A stretch of DNA of 64,000 bases, from IMG/VR virus record IMGVR_UViG_3300032047_000006, positions 17,441 through 81,440 of that record; one strand, written 5' to 3'. The translations under genes were made by a program, and so were the position numbers. Of the stretch, positions 58,785 to 64,000 are shown in pieces. The stretch is from a virus. The notes beneath the pieces are model-generated. The model saw only the letters and a list, made by a program, of their open reading frames with translations. It searched no databases and was not told where the DNA came from. Position 1 is the first letter of the stretch. The number at the start of each line of letters is the position of its first letter.

Positions 58785-59615
58785 ATGAAGTTTAAGCATA
58801 ATAAAAAGAGAAACACAGCCTTCCTTTTCGAGGCACTCATAAAGGAGATGGCAAAGTCTGTAGTAGCTAGTGATTCTAATCGACAAACAAAGATAGCTAG
58901 AATCATCAAAAGGCACTTCACGAAACGTGGAGTTCTTTATAAGGACTTACAATCTTATAAGGTTCTTATGGAGTTGAAAGAAGCTGAGTCGGACTTTGCA
59001 AAGAGAATCATCTCAGAAGTTCGCAGGGATAGGGATAGACTAAATACACAGGTTGTCTTCTCGGAGCAGTCCAAGTTGATTAAAAAAATTAACGTTGAAT
59101 TGGGACAAGAAGTTTACTCCAACTTTGTTCCAAACTACAAGACTATGGCTACTATCGGACAGTTGTTCGCCGACAACGTTTCTCCTAACGAGAAAGTTAT
59201 TCTTGAGGACAAGCTTCTTACAGAGATGACGAAGGCAGAAGAAAAGACTGAAAAAGAGATTTTAGAGCACCTTGACTCCATCGCTTATAAGACTTTTACA
59301 AACAAGTTCAATAAAGCTTATGCTGGCAAGCTTCATGAAGAGCAACAACAGATAGTTTCACGATACATCTATTCCGTGTCAGACAATGGAATGTCCCTAA
59401 AATCCTACTTGAATGAAGAAGTTAAGAGACTGAAAGAGAAGGTTCAAGAGTCGCTCGAATTGAAAGAGATAACTGAAGATCCTAACATGACAGAGAAGAC
59501 GGAAGAAGTTTTAAGATTCTTGGAAGAATTAAAGGAGACTAAACTCGACGAGACTGTCATAAAGAAGATTATGCAAATACAGGCGCTAATACGGGAGATT
59601 GAATCAAATGGCTGA
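58785..59615 (+). CDS. Hypothetical helical protein (head assembly module)
   Basis: 276 aa between portal and prohead protease. Confidence 0.75.
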   Translation: MKFKHNKKRNTAFLFEALIKEMAKSVVASDSNRQTKIARIIKRHFTKRGVLYKDLQSYKVLMELKEAESDFAKRIISEVRRDRDRLNTQVVFSEQSKLIKKINVELGQEVYSNFVPNYKTMATIGQLFADNVSPNEKVILEDKLLTEMTKAEEKTEKEILEHLDSIAYKTFTNKFNKAYAGKLHEEQQQIVSRYIYSVSDNGMSLKSYLNEEVKRLKEKVQESLELKEITEDPNMTEKTEEVLRFLEELKETKLDETVIKKIMQIQALIREIESNG

Positions 59616-60153
59616 AGAAATAAAGGTTCAGATTGGAAGCACCCCACCACCAGAAAACTCTGTAGAAAATAGTGCCAAAGTCAATATGATACTGCGGAAG
59701 ACACTAGCAGGAGAATATGCAATATATGATCACTTTGACATTGATATTCTCGTGAGTCCTGAAAAGAAGCAGATTCTCTCATTTCCAAAAGAGGACATGT
59801 CCGATGATGTCTACGCAGCGCAAGACAGAATGTTTGAGTTCCTCGGCAAGAAGGGTGTCATTACTAGGGAGTCAGTCCAGTCTGGCAATATTTACGGTTC
59901 AATGCAGGCAGGCTTTCCAGATTCTTCTAATGGCGCTGATCCAGTTCAGGTTGTATTGTACACTCTCGGCAGATTCATTGAGGAAGAAAAGCCATACTAC
60001 TCTCACCAATCAGCACTTGAAGATGAGATAACAAAGCATGAAACTTCCCCAGAAACATCTGACTCCACAGAGCTAGGCGAAGTTCCTCACGAAAAATCGA
60101 AAGGAACGGTAGAAAAGTTCCCAGCGATAAAATCTTATTACAGGGTTTATTAA
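59608..60153 (+). CDS. Hypothetical protein
   Basis: GGGAG SD before ATG 59608. Confidence 0.75.
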   Translation: MAEEIKVQIGSTPPPENSVENSAKVNMILRKTLAGEYAIYDHFDIDILVSPEKKQILSFPKEDMSDDVYAAQDRMFEFLGKKGVITRESVQSGNIYGSMQAGFPDSSNGADPVQVVLYTLGRFIEEEKPYYSHQSALEDEITKHETSPETSDSTELGEVPHEKSKGTVEKFPAIKSYYRVY

Positions 60154-60164
60154 AGGAACGAGAG

Positions 60165-60461
60165 TTGACAAATTTAATCTACTTCATCCTCGCCACCTCC
60201 GGCATTACTCAGATATTAGTTTACGGCAAGATCTTCGATAATATTCGCCCCATCAACGGATGGTTTGGGAAACTCTTCTCTTGCACTATGTGCATGGGCT
60301 TCTGGGCAGGTGTATTTTTATGGAGCGTAAACACATACACCACACTATTTAGTTTTGATTATAGTCCTCTGACTGGCTTCCTTCTTGGTTGCCTAAGTTC
60401 TGGTACTTGTTATATTTTTGATATGATAGTCGGAGACAAGGGGCTAAGAATAGAAAGATAG
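60165..60461 (+). CDS. DUF1360-like membrane protein
   Basis: Three hydrophobic segments and GKLFSCTMCMGFWAG (CxxC..W). Confidence 0.7.
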   Translation: MTNLIYFILATSGITQILVYGKIFDNIRPINGWFGKLFSCTMCMGFWAGVFLWSVNTYTTLFSFDYSPLTGFLLGCLSSGTCYIFDMIVGDKGLRIER

Positions 60462-60472
60462 AGAGGTTTAAG

Positions 60473-60571
60473 ATGACAAATAAGAGATGGATGTTACAGC
60501 CAGTTCGCAACTGTTGCAAAGGTAGCATATTCACGCAGGGCGAGCCTGCGTTTTATTATTTATGGAGTTAA
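60473..60571 (+). CDS. Small 32 aa ORF (MTNKRWMLQPVRNCCKGSIFTQGEPAFYYLWS)
   Basis: GAGAGG SD 6 nt before the ATG; exactly fills the gap before the protease gene; absent from the ORF track. Confidence 0.5.
   Translation: MTNKRWMLQPVRNCCKGSIFTQGEPAFYYLWS
60533..60560 (+). terminator. Intrinsic terminator-like hairpin
   Basis: ACGCAGG-GCGAG-CCTGCGT followed by TTTATTATT. Confidence 0.5.
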
Positions 60572-60574
60572 AAG

Positions 60575-61189
60575 ATGAGCAATAAAGTTCTGCTAAGAGA
60601 ATATTATGAGCTTTGCGAAGGAGGAGTCTGTCAGGATTTCTTAACCGAAAGTGAAAAGAGGGAAGTCGCCGAAGGAAAGGTGATGTATCTCACAGGCATT
60701 ATCCAGAGAGCAAAAGCAAAAAACCAAAATGGTAGAGTCTACCCAAGAGAAGTCTTGGAGAGAGAAGTAGAGAACTATCAAAAAGTGGTAAGAGAGAAAA
60801 GAGCCCTTGGTGAATTAGATCACCCAGAAGACTCTGTTGTAAACTTGAAGAACGTTTCACACCTTATGACTCAAATTTGGTGGGAAGGCGACAACGTAAT
60901 GGGGAAGTGTAAAATCCTCAACACACCTTCAGGGCAGATTCTCCAATCTCTTGTTCAGTCAAACGTTACACTCGGCATTTCCTCAAGAGGAATGGGTTCG
61001 GTTCACGAGGATAGACAGGGCAACACTATTGTTGAAGATGACTTCAACCTTATCTGCTTTGACTTTGTTTCAGATCCTTCTACTATCGGAGCTTTTATGT
61101 CTTTAGCCGAGGGCAAGATTAAAACAACAAACGTCTACACTAAGGCAGACAAGATTAACAGATTACTAAACGACATCGTAAGGGACTAA
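60575..61189 (+). CDS. Prohead core protease (T4 gp21-like)
   Basis: KNQNGRVYP, ALGELDHP, NVSH, TPSG, GISSRGMGS, DFVSDPS. Confidence 0.95.
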   Translation: MSNKVLLREYYELCEGGVCQDFLTESEKREVAEGKVMYLTGIIQRAKAKNQNGRVYPREVLEREVENYQKVVREKRALGELDHPEDSVVNLKNVSHLMTQIWWEGDNVMGKCKILNTPSGQILQSLVQSNVTLGISSRGMGSVHEDRQGNTIVEDDFNLICFDFVSDPSTIGAFMSLAEGKIKTTNVYTKADKINRLLNDIVRD

Positions 61190-61191
61190 AA

Positions 61192-61644
61192 TTGAAGAAA
61201 TCAGAACTAAAGAATATTATCAAGCCTATCGTAGAGGAATGTGTGAAAGACGCACTCTTATCAAGTGGCTTATTGTCTAAAGTTATTTCAGAAGTTATTG
61301 CTGGCGTCCAAGGCGGACTTATGACTGAGACTCGCCAAGTAGCACCTGTCCAACATCAGGAGAAGCCAGCCCCACAACAAACGAATCAAATGAGTCAAGC
61401 CGAAAAAGAAAAGATTTTAGAAAATAAAAAGAAACTTCTTGATGCTATTGGCTCTTCATCTTATAACGGCGTTGACGTATTCGAGGGAACCAAGCCATTA
61501 AGAAAAGGTGGTTCAGCCTCTAAAAGCTCTGGCGGTTACAAGGCATTTGACGGAGTAGATCCTAGTGATCCAGGCGTAAACATCGATGGGCTCACAAGCA
61601 GTCTTGGCAATGTCTGGAAGAAACTAGCAGAAGGCAAAAAGTAA
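61192..61644 (+). CDS. Hypothetical protein with MKKSELKNIIK leader (possible scaffold/core protein)
   Basis: 150 aa directly after the protease; TTG start. Confidence 0.72.
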   Translation: MKKSELKNIIKPIVEECVKDALLSSGLLSKVISEVIAGVQGGLMTETRQVAPVQHQEKPAPQQTNQMSQAEKEKILENKKKLLDAIGSSSYNGVDVFEGTKPLRKGGSASKSSGGYKAFDGVDPSDPGVNIDGLTSSLGNVWKKLAEGKK

Positions 61645-61675
61645 AAACCAAAACACTTTACACGAAAGGAATAAA

Positions 61676-61939
61676 ATGAGAGATAAAGGAAAAGGTTTAT
61701 TTGAAGAAAGAATTAGAAGCGGAGAGTCAACGGAAGCATTCGTAAGACGAGCCCTTCGTAAGTTGAAGAAGGAGGGTATCATGAACGACATCAGAGATCC
61801 TTCTCGTGGCACGCCTCTTTGTAGAAACGTGCCAAAGAAATCACTTCGCAAGAAGCATAAGAAAATCGAGGCAGAACGCCGTAGATTTGCTGATGAGGCT
61901 CGCAAGCGAAAACGACAACGACAAAACCAAAATAGATAA
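61676..61939 (+). CDS. rpsU: Divergent ribosomal protein bS21 homolog
   Basis: IRSGESTEAFVRRALRKLKKEGIMNDIR...KKSLRKKHKKIEAERRR aligns by eye with bS21 ([28 protein letters not shown]...KPTTERKR); head-module location is typical of phage bS21. Confidence 0.65.
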   Translation: MRDKGKGLFEERIRSGESTEAFVRRALRKLKKEGIMNDIRDPSRGTPLCRNVPKKSLRKKHKKIEAERRRFADEARKRKRQRQNQNR

Positions 61940-61947
61940 CTATTTAT
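61940..61947 (+). promoter_or_regulatory. CTATTTAT motif (candidate late promoter)
   Basis: About 28 nt upstream of ATG 61976. Confidence 0.6.
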
Positions 61948-61975
61948 TATAGCTTTATAACAGAGGACTTTTACA

Positions 61976-62773
61976 ATGGCAAGAAATTACATCCTTGGTG
62001 GAATGGGAGCAACCCAACTCCAAGCAGGCAAACCCTACTTCAAGAGAATTGTTAGATTCGGCGGTACCGCCAATCTTGACAGAAGCTTTCTCGCAAACAC
62101 GCCCTCACGGGACGGTCTTACTTGTAAGGTTGTCACAGCAGCCGTCGCCAACAAAGGCTCAATTAGCTTTACTACTGCTGGCGGCAATGCTGGCGAAGGC
62201 ACCGCAAACACTGATGGTAAGTCAGTAGACTGGGCGGCAGGTGCTGCGCCTTTTGAAGGTGGAGAACTTCTTATGGTAGAATTTCCAACAACTCTAAGAA
62301 GTGTTGAAATCAACCTAGAAGAAGCATGGACTGGCACAGGCAACGATGATGGCGTGCTTGAGCAAGCCACCAATGGTAAGATCCGAGTCAAAGCCATGCT
62401 AACAGCCCCAGGGCAAAATGTAGCTTTTGATAAGGGAACCCCTGTTCTCGCAAACCCAATTGGTGAAGGAAACTTTATTGAAATCAAGACAGGTGAAACA
62501 GCAACTATCAGTTCTAGAACAAAAGTTGTCTTTCTTCTTATTCAAAAGTTCGCTGGCGACACTATTATTACAAATGCTGCCGCAATGCAAGCGCAAGGCG
62601 CAGGCGGAGATAACGATGCAGTATCAATTTTGATTACTGGCGTACTCGACCATGAACCTACCTCTGGTGGTTCACAAGCTGCAAACGAGCCAAACTCACA
62701 AGTCATCGCTGCCGATGGTACCACCAAAACAGAGTTAAGAAAGATTTGGGGTAAAGGCGACGGCGTAGGTTGA
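61976..62773 (+). CDS. Gly/Ala/Thr-rich probable virion (decoration-like) protein
   Basis: 265 aa, beta-rich composition, preceded by the late motif and SD. Confidence 0.65.
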   Translation: MARNYILGGMGATQLQAGKPYFKRIVRFGGTANLDRSFLANTPSRDGLTCKVVTAAVANKGSISFTTAGGNAGEGTANTDGKSVDWAAGAAPFEGGELLMVEFPTTLRSVEINLEEAWTGTGNDDGVLEQATNGKIRVKAMLTAPGQNVAFDKGTPVLANPIGEGNFIEIKTGETATISSRTKVVFLLIQKFAGDTIITNAAAMQAQGAGGDNDAVSILITGVLDHEPTSGGSQAANEPNSQVIAADGTTKTELRKIWGKGDGVG

Positions 62774-62783
62774 GGTAGAATTT

Positions 62784-63107
62784 ATGTCTGGTAAAGGCGG
62801 TTCGGGTGCTAGATCTGGAAAATCCGCAGGTGCAGTCGGAGTCGTTACAAAAGAACGTATCGAAGCCATAGCAGCAGAATCAGCCCTCTTACCAGAGATA
62901 AAGATATTCACCGTCACAGCACTTGCTGGTAGCAACGTATCAACCACTCTCACCCACGATCTCGGTATCGCAGATTATTTAGTTCAAATTATCACATCAG
63001 CAGGCGATAACATTGTCTTGCCTTTTACCCGAACAGAAAACACAGTCGTTTTCTACTTCGGCGACGTCGCCGCTGACACAGATTACACCGTAGTAATTGT
63101 GCAGTAA
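62784..63107 (+). CDS. Small probable virion protein
   Basis: 107 aa; TLTHDLG...VQI...NTVV resembles small fibre-associated beta domains. Confidence 0.6.
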   Translation: MSGKGGSGARSGKSAGAVGVVTKERIEAIAAESALLPEIKIFTVTALAGSNVSTTLTHDLGIADYLVQIITSAGDNIVLPFTRTENTVVFYFGDVAADTDYTVVIVQ

Positions 63108-63291
63108 AATTATTTTTACCCTCTCAAATCCTTAAACAACAATCCTAAAAAAAACCTATTCTTTATCTTTATTTCGAGCCTAGATAGAGGCAGGTGGGAG
63201 AGGTTTATCCTCTTGTCCATCTTAACTCAAATTTTATAGTGCAGAGTCACGAATACTTGCACATTTAACAATATTTTAGGAGGATAAAATT

Positions 63292-64000
63292 TTGAGTAGA
63301 ATTAATATTTTAAACGCAACGGCGGAAGACTTTGCAGTCGAAATCGTTGCTTCACAACCCGCATCAGGATCTTCAGGAGATCACGCAGACGGACGTATTG
63401 TCAAGTATTTGACACACTTTTATATCTGGCACGATGCATCAGGCGCTTGGAAGAAGTTCGGCAACTCAACAGATGTTGCTTCGCTTGAGACTCGCTTGTC
63501 GACTCAAGAAGCCGATCAGGCAGCAGCAGAGTCTTCACTCGCTACTATTGACGCTACACTTCAGACAAGAATTTCAACTGAAGAATCTGCTTCAACTTCA
63601 GCAGTTGATTCAGCACAGGTAAGAGCAGAGGCAGCAGAAGGTGTTATCTCAGGCAACCTTTCATCGGAACTTGTCAACAGAGCAGCAGACGTTTCAGCAG
63701 AAGCTTCAAGAGCAGCTTCAGCAGAGGTAGTTCTTTCAACTAACCTTTCTTCGGGCATCGTTGCTCGTGAAGCAGACGTTTCAACTGAAAAGGCAAGAGC
63801 AGAGCTTGCTGAAGGTTCACTTCAGACTCGCCTTGCAGCAGAAGAATCAAATGAGCTTTCAGCAGAAACTTCATTGAACCTTCGTGCTTCAACAGAAGAG
63901 TCCACAAGACTTGCCGCTGATAATTCAGTAGCAGTCACAATTTCATCGGAGGCTTCTACTGCACGTTCAGCAGAGACTTCATTGGAATCTCGTCTTTCAT
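63292..64000 (+). CDS. Coiled-coil repeat fibre/whisker protein, 3'-truncated
   Basis: AGGAGG SD plus TTG at 63292; open to the window end; Ser/Ala/Glu repeats of 18 and 29 aa; absent from the ORF track. Confidence 0.8.
   Translation, partial: MSRINILNATAEDFAVEIVASQPASGSSGDHADGRIVKYLTHFYIWHDASGAWKKFGNSTDVASLETRLSTQEADQAAAESSLATIDATLQTRISTEESASTSAVDSAQVRAEAAEGVISGNLSSELVNRAADVSAEASRAASAEVVLSTNLSSGIVAREADVSTEKARAELAEGSLQTRLAAEESNELSAETSLNLRASTEESTRLAADNSVAVTISSEASTARSAETSLESRLS

Noticed and set aside
1-64000. Stop-codon reassignment, inteins/introns, tRNAs, CRISPR arrays, DGR
   Set aside because: TAA, TAG and TGA all end full-length genes; terminase, portal and primase are normal length; I saw no tRNA T-loop/cloverleaf, spaced repeats or reverse transcriptase.

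Overview
This window is a segment of a large tailed dsDNA phage genome (distant T4-type morphogenesis genes, myovirus-like baseplate), not a cellular chromosome. It has about 53 tightly packed genes in the standard genetic code, all but one on the + strand. Order: (1) 1-13.7 kb accessory and regulatory genes: a truncated multidomain NTase/ParB protein, Fis-like HTH, DUF2827-like protein, HNH, lipoprotein trypsin-like protease, PIN-PhoH, HExxH peptidase, Cas4-like nuclease, two GT4 glycosyltransferases, FmdB zinc ribbon and a gp55-like sigma factor. (2) 13.7-48.4 kb baseplate/tail module: split gp5-like lysin and spike, a 2014 aa SH3b protein, gp25, gp6-like wedge, a 3841 aa LamG protein and paralogous hub/fibre-anchor proteins. 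(3) 48.4-53.1 kb RuvC-like resolvase, primase and a fused SbcD-SbcC. (4) 53.1-54.1 kb holin/spanin-like membrane genes. (5) 55-64 kb head module: terminase, portal, prohead protease, a divergent ribosomal protein bS21 and a coiled-coil fibre running off the end. The most notable cross-cutting signals are a recurring gene-oriented upstream motif CTA(A/T/C)TTA(C/T) (candidate late promoter for the phage sigma factor), a shared L(K/R)xII..(I/V)xE peptide that may be a capsid-targeting/cleavage signal, and many TTG starts alongside the phage bS21. All family calls come from motif recognition by eye; no database searches were run. I saw no tRNA, rRNA, CRISPR array, intron or intein.
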